A DNA stretch of 64,000 nt. It comes from an uncultured Candidatus Saccharibacteria bacterium. Lineage in GTDB: Bacteria; Patescibacteriota; Minisyncoccia; Phycocordibacterales; UBA9973. The notes beneath the pieces were generated by a model, which was not told where the DNA came from, did no database searches, and saw only the letters and a program-made list of their open reading frames with translations. The stretch covers positions 703-64,702 of the forward strand of contig CAYVDC010000002.1 in NCBI GenBank assembly GCA_964450735.1, in the 5' to 3' direction. How positions within the stretch are numbered: position 1 is the first letter of the stretch; each line of letters starts with the position of its first letter. Both the position numbers and the translations under genes were made by a program. Positions 52,413 through 61,642 of the stretch are shown piece after piece.

Positions 52413-54845
52413 CTACTTCAATTCCCCCCAGTGCTTGCCGATATGGGCAACTACTTCAATTGGAACAGGTTTTCGAGCACCCAAGAATTCGTCTGAGACA
52501 GTGTCTTCCATAGCTGTTTTAATAATCTTCGTAGCCTGCTCTTCATATCCGTTATCTACCTCAAATATAAGTTCGTCGTGCACCTGGAGGATTAGGCGAA
52601 TATTGTTCAAGAGGCCTGCTTTTTGCAAAGCTGTTTCTGCCTGACACATGCCGATTTTAACGATGTCTGCCCCTGTCCCCTGAATTGGCGCATTTATAGC
52701 CATTCGCTCAGCCATTGCCTTGATGAATGGAATTTTTGATCGAAGTCCGGGAAACTGTCGTCGTCGGCCAAAGAGTGTTTCAGTAAATCCTTTCTGTTTT
52801 GCGGTTTCAATTACTCCGTCGAGATATGCGCGAATTGTCGGAAACTGAACAAAGTAATTATCGTAAAATGCCTGGGCTTCCGCTCGGTCAGTTCCTAGGT
52901 TTTCCTTCAAAGCCGTAACCCCCATACCGTAGAGAATGCCGAAGTTAATTACTTTTGCCCGTCGGCGCATTTCGTGGGTAACGTCTTTTTCAGCAACGCC
53001 AAACACTCTGCTTGCCACCGCGGCATGAACATCTTTGCCTGAGCGAAAGATTTCTATCAAACTTTCATCCTGAGAAAGAAGCGCTGCCAATCGAAGCTCA
53101 ATTTGTGAGTAATCGAAAGACATGAACACCGAACCCTTGGGCGCGATAAACGCGTTGCGGATATTTTTGCCGAGTTCGGTTTTTGTAGGAATATTTTGCA
53201 GGTTTGGATTGTTGGAAGAAAAGCGTCCAGTCACCGCACCCATTTGGTTGAAGTCCGCATGCAATTTACTATCTTCTCCAACAAGAGCCGGAATAGTATC
53301 AATATATGTAGAGAGTAATTTCTGCAATTCTCGGTATTTGAATATATCTCCAACAATCGGATGGACGTCGCGCAATTTCTCCAACTCGCTCTCGCGAGTT
53401 GATCGTGCTCCGCCAGCAGTCTTTTTGAGCTTCTTCCCATCATTAGAAACAAGTTTCATTTCATCGAACAAAATATCGCCAAGCTGCTTTGGAGAATTAA
53501 TATTGAATTCTTTTCCAGCATGCTTGTAAATGGACTTCTCCAAAATAGAAAGTTCCTTATGATATTCTTCAGAAAGCTTTTTTAAATAGTCGAGATCAAC
53601 CATCACCCCCTGCTTTTTCATATTGTCGAGAATTGGAATGAGAGGCAATTCAATGTTTACATAGACATGCCAAAGATCGTTATCTTTCAAGGCCTTTTCA
53701 ATCTTTTCTTCTGCTACCTCAAAACTGCCGGCATTCTGAAAATGAAGAATGTCGTCTGCAGTAATATTGTTAAGATCAGAATTAAGAAGCCACATGCCGA
53801 TCGCAAGCTTCTTAATTAGCTTTGGATCAGCACCAGCTTCTTCCGGTGAAACCTCAGGAGTCTTCGATGAAACTTTTTTCTCTACAACCACTTCCCCGCT
53901 CAGAAGTCTCTTCACTCGCTCAATCAAACTGCGGAATTCCAATTCTCTATAGAGCGTTTCAATTTGCGTAACCGAAAGATTTTCGCGAAACATTTTTTCG
54001 GGAACTTTGAAATCAATCGGTGCATCGCGGCGGATAGTGGCCAATGTTTTTGAGAACATCGCTTCTTCTTCGCCGTCTTGGAGAAGTTTTACGATACGGT
54101 CGGTGACGCCTGCAGCTTTCACTTTCTCAGGAGATTTCTTGAGAACCTTATACAAATTTTCTAATGTGCCGAATGTGGTAATAAGCGTTGTGGCTGTCTT
54201 TTCCCCAATGCCTGCAATACCGATAATGTTATCTGAAGGATCTCCCCGTAGCCCTTTATAGTCAGGGAGCAATTCGGGCTTGAAGCCGAAACGCTGCAGG
54301 ATAGCTTCTTCGTCATAGAGAATAGTATCGTTCAATCCTTTCTTCAATGTAAATACCTGTACTTTCTTCTTGTCGATCAATTGCATTGTATCCATGTCCC
54401 CGGATGCAATAATGATCTCGATGTCTTTATTGTCTTTCAATTCTTCGACAATTGTCCCAAGAATATCATCGGCCTCAAAACCAGGCTTGTCGTAAATCGG
54501 AATATTGAATGCTTCAAAAATTCTTCGTGAGGAAATAAGCTGGGCAATAAGTGCTTCATCGGTCTTTGCTCGTCCTGCTTTGTAGCCATCATAGGCAGCA
54601 TGGCGAAATGTCGGTTCTGGCAAATCGTAACAAGCAACGATATAGTCAGGCTTGAGATCTGAAATGATCTTGATAAGCATGGTTGAGAGGCCGTACAAGG
54701 CCCCTGTAGGCACGCCAGCAGACGAACTGAAATCAGGCAGCGCATGGTAGGCGCGATGGATGATTGCATGAGAATCAAGCAAAATAAGGCGTTTTTTAGT
54801 ATTTGAACCAGATGTTTTTGCGGGCATAAGTATACTATAGCGCAT
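52413..54845 (-). CDS. polA: DNA polymerase I
   Basis: The N-terminal 5'-3' exonuclease region reads LILLDSHAIIHRAYHAL. Polymerase motif A is present, together with motif B RRRAKVINFGILYGMG and motif C QVHDELIFE. Confidence 0.9.
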   Translation of the reverse strand: MRYSILMPAKTSGSNTKKRLILLDSHAIIHRAYHALPDFSSSAGVPTGALYGLSTMLIKIISDLKPDYIVACYDLPEPTFRHAAYDGYKAGRAKTDEALIAQLISSRRIFEAFNIPIYDKPGFEADDILGTIVEELKDNKDIEIIIASGDMDTMQLIDKKKVQVFTLKKGLNDTILYDEEAILQRFGFKPELLPDYKGLRGDPSDNIIGIAGIGEKTATTLITTFGTLENLYKVLKKSPEKVKAAGVTDRIVKLLQDGEEEAMFSKTLATIRRDAPIDFKVPEKMFRENLSVTQIETLYRELEFRSLIERVKRLLSGEVVVEKKVSSKTPEVSPEEAGADPKLIKKLAIGMWLLNSDLNNITADDILHFQNAGSFEVAEEKIEKALKDNDLWHVYVNIELPLIPILDNMKKQGVMVDLDYLKKLSEEYHKELSILEKSIYKHAGKEFNINSPKQLGDILFDEMKLVSNDGKKLKKTAGGARSTRESELEKLRDVHPIVGDIFKYRELQKLLSTYIDTIPALVGEDSKLHADFNQMGAVTGRFSSNNPNLQNIPTKTELGKNIRNAFIAPKGSVFMSFDYSQIELRLAALLSQDESLIEIFRSGKDVHAAVASRVFGVAEKDVTHEMRRRAKVINFGILYGMGVTALKENLGTDRAEAQAFYDNYFVQFPTIRAYLDGVIETAKQKGFTETLFGRRRQFPGLRSKIPFIKAMAERMAINAPIQGTGADIVKIGMCQAETALQKAGLLNNIRLILQVHDELIFEVDNGYEEQATKIIKTAMEDTVSDEFLGARKPVPIEVVAHIGKHWGELK

Positions 54846-54887
54846 CTACTAATAAAAAAGCAGTTTTTAAAAACTGCTTTTTGAAAA

Positions 54888-55316
54888 TTACCATTCCCAA
54901 TCTCTTTCAGGAATATCTTCTCCTTTTTTACCACATTTTATGCAGACAGGAATTTCAGATAGCTGCCCCGATGAACAACCAGAGGTTACTGAAATTACTT
55001 CGTGCAAAACCAGGTGTAATCCTCCTTTTTCACAACACTGCCGAAGCTGCAGCACACCATCTTTAATAAGCTTCTTTAGTTCACGCGTAGGTATACACCG
55101 GGATCTTCCTACTTCCTTAACCCAAATCGTTGTTCTCCATGACTCTTGTGTAAACGAAGTTGCAACAATTTCATCTCCTTTTAAAACAGAGATAGGGAGT
55201 GAAGCAATAGTACTACAAAAAGCAGGAACGGGGTCTTGATGGTGTACTTCAGGAAATGAAAAGGATTGTAAAACCAAATAGTAGTTTTTTGTTTCGAGTG
55301 GTTTTTTTGTGTTCAT
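54888..55316 (-). CDS. Hypothetical protein with a C-terminal CxxC zinc-ribbon, immediately upstream of polA
   Basis: 142-aa ORF with CIKCGKKGE near the C-terminus and no other recognisable motif. Confidence 0.35.
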   Translation of the reverse strand: MNTKKPLETKNYYLVLQSFSFPEVHHQDPVPAFCSTIASLPISVLKGDEIVATSFTQESWRTTIWVKEVGRSRCIPTRELKKLIKDGVLQLRQCCEKGGLHLVLHEVISVTSGCSSGQLSEIPVCIKCGKKGEDIPERDWEW

Positions 55317-55612
55317 AAAAAGTAGTTTTAGTTATTGTATTTTTAAGGTACAAAAATACCGGCAATCTCGCCGGTTACAATGATCTCGATATGAGAGTAA
55401 AAGCTATATATTGAAACACACAAAACCGGCACGATATGTATCGTTTGCGCGCCAGCTATTCGTCTGTATGTTCATATATTTCATAACTACGTATATACTA
55501 GCAAACTAGTACAGAAAAGTCAAGCTCGCTACTAGTCCGTGTGGAAAAGTATATCTAACACAAAAGCCGGCATTTGTGCCGGCTTTTGTGGTGAGGATGT
55601 AGTTACGTACAG

Positions 55613-56152
55613 TTAGTTGGTTGTAGTGAAGCTTGCAACATCACTAAATCCATGAGCATTTGCAGGGTGAGAGTTAGGACCATAGTTCGCTACAGCTCTA
55701 AAGTAATATGTTGTATGCGGCTGCAATCCAGAGATTGGAATGCTGAGGGTCCCCTGAGTAGGGCCGTTGATCGCCGAAGTTGAACTGAGGTTTGTTGGAG
55801 ATGTTCCATATTCAAAATATGAAGTCTGGCCTTGCGCAGCGCCATTATATTTGTCCATCAACCCCAAGATTGTTGCATTGAGCGTTGCAGAAGTAGAAGA
55901 AATATTGGTTGCCGCGTTTACAGTAAAGATAGGCGCTGGCATACCAGTAGAACTTGGTACTGTCGGGGTTGGTGAAACAGCCGGATTCTGAGATACATTT
56001 GTAGGTTTTGTATCTGCTGTTGTCTGTTCATTTTTTACTTCTGCAGTCGGCACGCCAGGCGCAGCTACATCAGACTTTGAATACCATACAAAATAACCAG
56101 CCATTGCCACGATAACGAGAATCAAAATTCCTATCACGATATTCTTATTCAT
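55613..56152 (-). CDS. Membrane-anchored protein with an FN3-like domain
   Basis: N-terminal TM helix, a Pro/Thr linker, then a ~90-aa domain ending TTYYFRAVANYG (FN3-like). It resembles a segment of the 793-aa neighbour. Confidence 0.45.
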   Translation of the reverse strand: MNKNIVIGILILVIVAMAGYFVWYSKSDVAAPGVPTAEVKNEQTTADTKPTNVSQNPAVSPTPTVPSSTGMPAPIFTVNAATNISSTSATLNATILGLMDKYNGAAQGQTSYFEYGTSPTNLSSTSAINGPTQGTLSIPISGLQPHTTYYFRAVANYGPNSHPANAHGFSDVASFTTTN

Positions 56153-56249
56153 ATAAATCTCATTTACTATTATAAAATCGAGCTCCAATAACTATATCAC
56201 TTAGGCGATATATAAGTATAGACGGATGAGCAGGTCTTTTCTTACAAGA

Positions 56250-56687
56250 TTATTTTAACGTAATTTCCCGCTTCGTCTCGCTCTTGTGTTTCAACGAAAT
56301 AGTAATATGCTTCTTAGGCAGCAATTTCCCCATCTGTTCAGGCCACTCCAAAAAGATCACATTGCCAGGATCAGTTACCAATGTATCCCAGCCAATCCGA
56401 TTGGACTCCTCGGGCTTTTCAAATCGATACGCATCAATGTGATGAAATAGCCTCCATTCCTTTTTAGAAAGTTTGTAGCTTTTGAGCAGCACGAATGTCG
56501 GACTGATCACTTTATCTTTAATTCCAAGAATCTTGGCAATCTCTTTCGTTACCGTCGTCTTCCCTGCCCCCAAATCACCCGACAATGCGACGATGGTCGC
56601 CCCATCACTATTCTTGTGCTTCACAATGTATTGAATGACCAACTCAGCGATCGCTGGAATATCGTTTTCAGTAAAGACTTTTTTCAT
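56250..56687 (-). CDS. tsaE: tRNA threonylcarbamoyladenosine biosynthesis protein TsaE
   Basis: P-loop ALSGDLGAGKTTVTK, the SPTFVL motif and the HIDAYR(F) motif are all present in a protein of about 146 aa. I trimmed the start to MKKVF. Confidence 0.85.
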   Translation of the reverse strand: MKKVFTENDIPAIAELVIQYIVKHKNSDGATIVALSGDLGAGKTTVTKEIAKILGIKDKVISPTFVLLKSYKLSKKEWRLFHHIDAYRFEKPEESNRIGWDTLVTDPGNVIFLEWPEQMGKLLPKKHITISLKHKSETKREITLK

Positions 56688-56823
56688 AAGATTAGAATAC
56701 CACAAAGCTCCAAGCAATGTCTCGTGTAGCTTTGGCCGAGGACCCTCGCCTTCAGGAAGCTGGTTGCTGGCGAATCCGCAGGCCAAAGCTACACGAGACA
56801 TTGCTTGGAGCGGTACTAAAACA

Positions 56824-56855
56824 AAAAGTCGCCGGGGCATTCCGGCGACTTTTTG
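56824..56855. terminator. Hairpin terminator
   Basis: aaaagtcgccgg-ggcatt-ccggcgactttt. Confidence 0.65.
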
Positions 56856-56908
56856 GGCATTCATTAGTTCGTCACATAGGCATGTTAATTACTAATGTGT
56901 TTGGAGGC

Positions 56909-59290
56909 TTAGTGGTTGTTGTATACAGGCACATCCATGTCTTCGTAGTGCGGAGGCTGTGGAGCTGTATTCATGTTCTGGTTTCTCATACCGTTGTTCG
57001 CATTTGCGTGAGCGTTGTAACCGTTAGGAGCAACGTACGCAACAGGTCGGCGGTAGTTCCGTCGGAGCAAGATCGCGAGGTAAATGAGAAGCAAAAGGAT
57101 GAGGATGAGAGCGAGCCAACCAATCAAGGTTGTAGGCCAGAAACCATTTCCGAAGAGGGCCAAACCAGCAAGTGAGTTACAGTTTGTTGTGTTTCCAAGA
57201 CCATAGGCAATCGCAGTTTCCTGAGAATTGTTCACAGGATTTGTGAAAGCAATAGTAGCCTGAGCAACAACGTTATTTCGGTTGATTGCTGATCGGAGAA
57301 CGACACCAGTGATGTTCATAGAACCAGCCTGGTCCTTGATGAGCGTACCGATAGCAAGCGTAACTGAGTGGTCAGCCGCATTGTAGATACCAGGATTTGA
57401 GCTCTGGAATTCAACGTCTTTCGGCAAGAGAACCTGGAGAACTACGTTGTTCAATGTGTGGCCAGAGATGTTCTTGTAAGTAACATTGTAGTTAACGATG
57501 TTGCCGACACAAGCATTGATCTGCTGGTTATCGTTGACTGCGAGAGAGACCAAGTTTGAACCAGATCCAACTCCAGCGACGACAGTTGTGATAACTGTAG
57601 GAGGAACAACTACTGTTGCAGCAAGCGTTGAGAATGACTGATCATCTCCGTAGAATGTACCGCTTGAGTTAGTAGCGACCGCACGATAGTGGTAGACAGT
57701 GTTAGCTGAGAGGCCAGTGATCGTGTTGAAGAACGGAGCTGAGTTTACTGTACCAGCGTACTGAGACGCTGTAGTAAAGCCATAGTTCTGTGTTGTTCCC
57801 CACTGGAAGTATACCTGAGTAGCGAGTCCGCCTGACTGGACCAAGTTACCGTTCAAACGAGCGCTGTTCTGAGTAACGAGGTTTGGAGCACCAGTGTAAA
57901 CCTGAGTTGTCTGAACAGGAGCTTGAGTGCTCACTGTCAAAGACTGAACCTGTGTCTGACCGCCATTCTGACAATACGCAGTAAGCGTGTATGCCTGGCT
58001 TCCATAGATTGCTCCAGTTGGAGCTGATCCTGAGAGCGGCTGTGTATTGTAGTAATTGTTAAGGCCAGAGATTGAAACTGATGTAGCACCAGTTGTTGAC
58101 CAGTACAATGTCGATGAGCTTCCTGATGTTACCTGAGTTGGTGAAGCATAGAATGAGTTGATCGAACATGCGCTGTAGCTGTTTGCGTAAACAGAGATTG
58201 TCTGTGTAACTGGGTATCCATTCTGACAGTTTGCAGTGATTGTGTATGACTGAGTTCCGTAGATCGGACCAGTTGTTACTGAACCTGAGAGAGACTGGTT
58301 GTAATTATAGCTACCAGTAAGTCCTGAGATTGAGACAGATGTTGCACCATTGGTGCCCCATGTGAGGTTTGTTGTTCCGCCGTATGAGACAGAAGTTGGG
58401 CTCGCATTGAAGTACGAAATGTTACATGCCTGTGCTTGGTTAACAGACACTGTAGTAGTACGTGTTACCGGTGAACCATTGCTACCATATGCTGTGATTG
58501 TGTATGTAGTCGTGTTGGTAAGTGTTCCGGTAGGCTGTGATCCATTCAAGCTGTTTACATAGACGATACCACCCTGGACGATTGCTGATACACAGCCTGA
58601 AGTTGACCAGTTGATTGTTGAAGATCCGCCTGATGTTACATATGAAGGGTTAGCGTCGAACTGGTTAACCACACAAGTCTGAGCTGGAGGAGGAACTGAA
58701 TTCTGTCCAACCTTGTAAGTTACCACGACGACACCCTGGTGACAGAAGATGTCGCTTGATGAACAGTCGCTTGAATCGTGGATATCACCGATGTTCAATC
58801 CGCCATTGAAGATGTCAGTACCCTGTGTGCTTGAGAGAAGCACTGCATTGTGTCCGTAGACTTTTGCTGAAAGGTATGTGAGCGTCTGGCCCTGAGCGAG
58901 GTTTACCGTTGCAGAACCTGAAACTGACGGCGCATTGTTTGCAGAAAGAGTTCCAGTAAATGTCTGGCTGTTAACGACGCCAGTTGACTGCGGGCTCAAA
59001 GTAAACTTTGTTCCTGTTGCAGTTCCAGTACCGCTATTGTTGTAATACAACATTATCCAAACGTTATCCCCTGGCTGAACGCCTGAGATGCTTGTTGAAT
59101 AAGCTGATGGTGATGGGTTACAGCCATTACCGCCGACTCCACAGACCTGGGCCTGGACGAGCGGAAGATATGGGCTTGCGCCTGCACCAAATTGTGGCGC
59201 AGCGTGTGCGTAGCCACCAAAAGCAGCCGTAAGGGCGAAAGCCGCCGCAACGAGTGCGAATTTGATATATTTGTTCATAAATTTTTTCAT
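56909..59290 (-). CDS. Large surface protein with Ig-like repeats, an FN3-like domain and a DUF11-like domain, anchored by a C-terminal TM helix
   Basis: 793 aa with a signal peptide. Three ~85-aa repeats follow the pattern CxIxxFxAxPTxVxxGxSxTLxWxTxGATSVSISG. TVYHYRAVATN suggests an FN3-like fold. A C-terminal TM helix precedes a basic tail (LRRNYRRP). Confidence 0.6.
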   Translation of the reverse strand: MKKFMNKYIKFALVAAAFALTAAFGGYAHAAPQFGAGASPYLPLVQAQVCGVGGNGCNPSPSAYSTSISGVQPGDNVWIMLYYNNSGTGTATGTKFTLSPQSTGVVNSQTFTGTLSANNAPSVSGSATVNLAQGQTLTYLSAKVYGHNAVLLSSTQGTDIFNGGLNIGDIHDSSDCSSSDIFCHQGVVVVTYKVGQNSVPPPAQTCVVNQFDANPSYVTSGGSSTINWSTSGCVSAIVQGGIVYVNSLNGSQPTGTLTNTTTYTITAYGSNGSPVTRTTTVSVNQAQACNISYFNASPTSVSYGGTTNLTWGTNGATSVSISGLTGSYNYNQSLSGSVTTGPIYGTQSYTITANCQNGYPVTQTISVYANSYSACSINSFYASPTQVTSGSSSTLYWSTTGATSVSISGLNNYYNTQPLSGSAPTGAIYGSQAYTLTAYCQNGGQTQVQSLTVSTQAPVQTTQVYTGAPNLVTQNSARLNGNLVQSGGLATQVYFQWGTTQNYGFTTASQYAGTVNSAPFFNTITGLSANTVYHYRAVATNSSGTFYGDDQSFSTLAATVVVPPTVITTVVAGVGSGSNLVSLAVNDNQQINACVGNIVNYNVTYKNISGHTLNNVVLQVLLPKDVEFQSSNPGIYNAADHSVTLAIGTLIKDQAGSMNITGVVLRSAINRNNVVAQATIAFTNPVNNSQETAIAYGLGNTTNCNSLAGLALFGNGFWPTTLIGWLALILILLLLIYLAILLRRNYRRPVAYVAPNGYNAHANANNGMRNQNMNTAPQPPHYEDMDVPVYNNH

Positions 59291-59309
59291 ACGTGTATTG
59301 TAGCATCTT

Positions 59310-59326
59310 GTTGACTATTTGTCAAC
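59310..59326. promoter_or_regulatory. GTTGAC-N5-GTCAAC palindrome about 20 nt upstream of the surface-protein start codon
   Basis: gttgactatttgtcaac is a perfect 6-5-6 dyad. Confidence 0.3.
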
Positions 59327-59471
59327 TATGATGCACATTCTAATAATAACTCACCTCTAAGCTCTCAATCTCGAAATTCAGAGCTTGGAAATAAGGGTAG
59401 TATGTTTTTTAAGCATACTACCGCTTTTTTAATAAAAATCAAATGATTCTAAAAATTCAACAAAAAACAAA

Positions 59472-61457
59472 TTACCTGCCAACTTTTGGTGCAGTAGTTC
59501 TCATCGGAGGTCTTGCTGCATTCATCTGCTGACTACTTCCACCACCACGTTGTACATCGGGGCGCTGTTGGCGCTGTACATTCATGTTGCTAGTACCAGT
59601 TGGTTGATTTGGCGAACGCTGTTGGCGTTGCAGATCGTAACTATTGGTCTTAGGTTGGTTGTAATTAACCTGCGGCTTTGTACGATTCACATCGTAGTTC
59701 GTAGTGGTACCATGCTGAGCGTTACCCTGGTTTCCATAATTACCACGGTAATTAGCATTGTCGTAATTAGTACGTCCATTATTATTCCGTTGCTGGTCAT
59801 AGTTAGGACGATACGGACTACCTTGGTACTGCTGACCGTAATTCGGACGAGGCTGATCAGACGAGTACTGTTGGTTGTAATTAGGACTGGGCTGGTCGTT
59901 TGAATACTGCTGACTGTTCTGTGCTTGCAATTGTTCATCGCGAGCGCGGGCTTGGTCAGCAAGGTATTGTTGTACTGTACGAGTAGGCAATGTTTGTTGC
60001 GGTGCTGTTCTTTCAACAGTGCGTTGCTGGTTTGCATTCACATTCTGCGTGTTCCCATTCGAATAGCGAGTATCTACATATTTTTTCTCGTTAGAAGAAT
60101 TATATATATTTGCGCTTGCCGGACGTGAGTCAGCTGTTGTGTTTGCTTTTGCAGTTCTCGCCAAATCTATGCCTGAACTATATGGCTGCTCATCTTGAGC
60201 TGAAGCGGTAGCAGAATTTGCCAGTGATGCTGGTTGAATAGTTCTTTGCTTGGCCAATGAGTTTGCACTCAATGCGGCTGCAGCAGAAGTTCCTAGTCCA
60301 TTTGCACCATTGTTATTTTCTTTTTTGCCTGCTCCACCACTGTTATTTGCACCATCTCCAGTACCTGAATCGTTCACAGTACCATCCCCTGCTCCGCCAC
60401 CATTATCGTTTCCGGTAGGTGTAGTTACAACGGGGTGATCTCCTCCACCGCCGCCGTTATTCGCCTGTTCTCCAGAACCTCCAGTATTGTTATACAACGG
60501 AGTAGTTGGTGTTGGGCGCGGTTGGTCGGGGTGTACAACCTGCACGGTATTGTTATTGATAATATTGGTGTTGTTAATCTCAATATAGATATCAATAACA
60601 GTCTTGTTTTCAGGTGTTGCGGGAACCATCGCGCATGCGATGCCTCCTGAATTGCAACGATAGGTTGGCTGACAGCCAAAAACTGGCTGGCAAAGATTGA
60701 AGGGCATCATGTAGTAGCCTGGGCCATAGTACATTGGTTGAGTTGGAAACCAAGAACCTCCATAGTTCGTTTCGTACACTTCCTCAGTGTAGTAATTCGT
60801 AGTATAGACGTCCTGGTCATGCACAAACACCGTTTTGTCGATGTATACCGTGTCCAAGTCATGCACTACAGTAGCTGTCGGTCCAGTACGCGGCTGCAGG
60901 TCAATAATTAAATTGATGCAGCATTCTTCGTCTTTTCCGGAGTACTTTGATACGTATACCTTATTACCGTTAAATGGTGAGGTGTACTCAAGCATCGCTA
61001 CTTCGGTATAGGCAGGATTTAAAAAACAGGCAACTTTACCAGTGCTTGGATCAATACCAAGTACATACATAACGCCACCAGGTACTGTTACCAATACCCC
61101 TTTACAGTCTAATAAAATCTTCTGCGCTTGCGCCAAAGTTACATCACTTGTTATGCCGAGAAATGCCCGGTTAAAGTTAATGCAATACGCTGCTTCAGTC
61201 AGGTATTTATCGTACGATGCAACAACGGGATCCATATAACTGGTCAGGTTGTCGTTAGCAACATTTTGCATGTGCTGTGCCCAGGTAATGCCGGTCGAAC
61301 CCTTCTTTTTGAAAGGGTTAACGTGCGGACTACTCGGGTTGTACGTATAAATGTGATACCTTGTTGGCACAATTTGTGCTGATACATTGTTTTTTGCTGA
61401 TGTGCTTCCTATTGCTAATAGCAACAGAAGCAATTTGAAAAAGAATTGCTGTTTCAT
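59472..61457 (-). CDS. Secreted protein with a ~300-aa globular N-domain and a ~350-aa Asn/Gln/Tyr/Gly-rich low-complexity C-terminal region
   Basis: 661 aa with a signal peptide. The N-domain holds several Cys pairs (CCINL, CQPVFGCQPTYRCNSGGIAC). The C-terminus has NYNQQY-like repeats (SQQYSNDQPSPNYNQQYSSDQPRPNYGQQYQGSPYRPNYDQQ). Confidence 0.55.
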   Translation of the reverse strand: MKQQFFFKLLLLLLAIGSTSAKNNVSAQIVPTRYHIYTYNPSSPHVNPFKKKGSTGITWAQHMQNVANDNLTSYMDPVVASYDKYLTEAAYCINFNRAFLGITSDVTLAQAQKILLDCKGVLVTVPGGVMYVLGIDPSTGKVACFLNPAYTEVAMLEYTSPFNGNKVYVSKYSGKDEECCINLIIDLQPRTGPTATVVHDLDTVYIDKTVFVHDQDVYTTNYYTEEVYETNYGGSWFPTQPMYYGPGYYMMPFNLCQPVFGCQPTYRCNSGGIACAMVPATPENKTVIDIYIEINNTNIINNNTVQVVHPDQPRPTPTTPLYNNTGGSGEQANNGGGGGDHPVVTTPTGNDNGGGAGDGTVNDSGTGDGANNSGGAGKKENNNGANGLGTSAAAALSANSLAKQRTIQPASLANSATASAQDEQPYSSGIDLARTAKANTTADSRPASANIYNSSNEKKYVDTRYSNGNTQNVNANQQRTVERTAPQQTLPTRTVQQYLADQARARDEQLQAQNSQQYSNDQPSPNYNQQYSSDQPRPNYGQQYQGSPYRPNYDQQRNNNGRTNYDNANYRGNYGNQGNAQHGTTTNYDVNRTKPQVNYNQPKTNSYDLQRQQRSPNQPTGTSNMNVQRQQRPDVQRGGGSSQQMNAARPPMRTTAPKVGR

Positions 61458-61642
61458 GATTTTCTGTTTAAGTTTTTTGTGATTGTTTTTAGTTTCGGTT
61501 CGGAATATATATATAGATAGGCGGAGATCACCCAGAATTTCATTTACGTCTATTTTGCCCTATTGTATCACAAATAGATTAATTGTCAAGGGCATGCTGA
61601 TTAGGCGTTGTTGGTCGAAACAGGTATAATTCCTTTATATAT

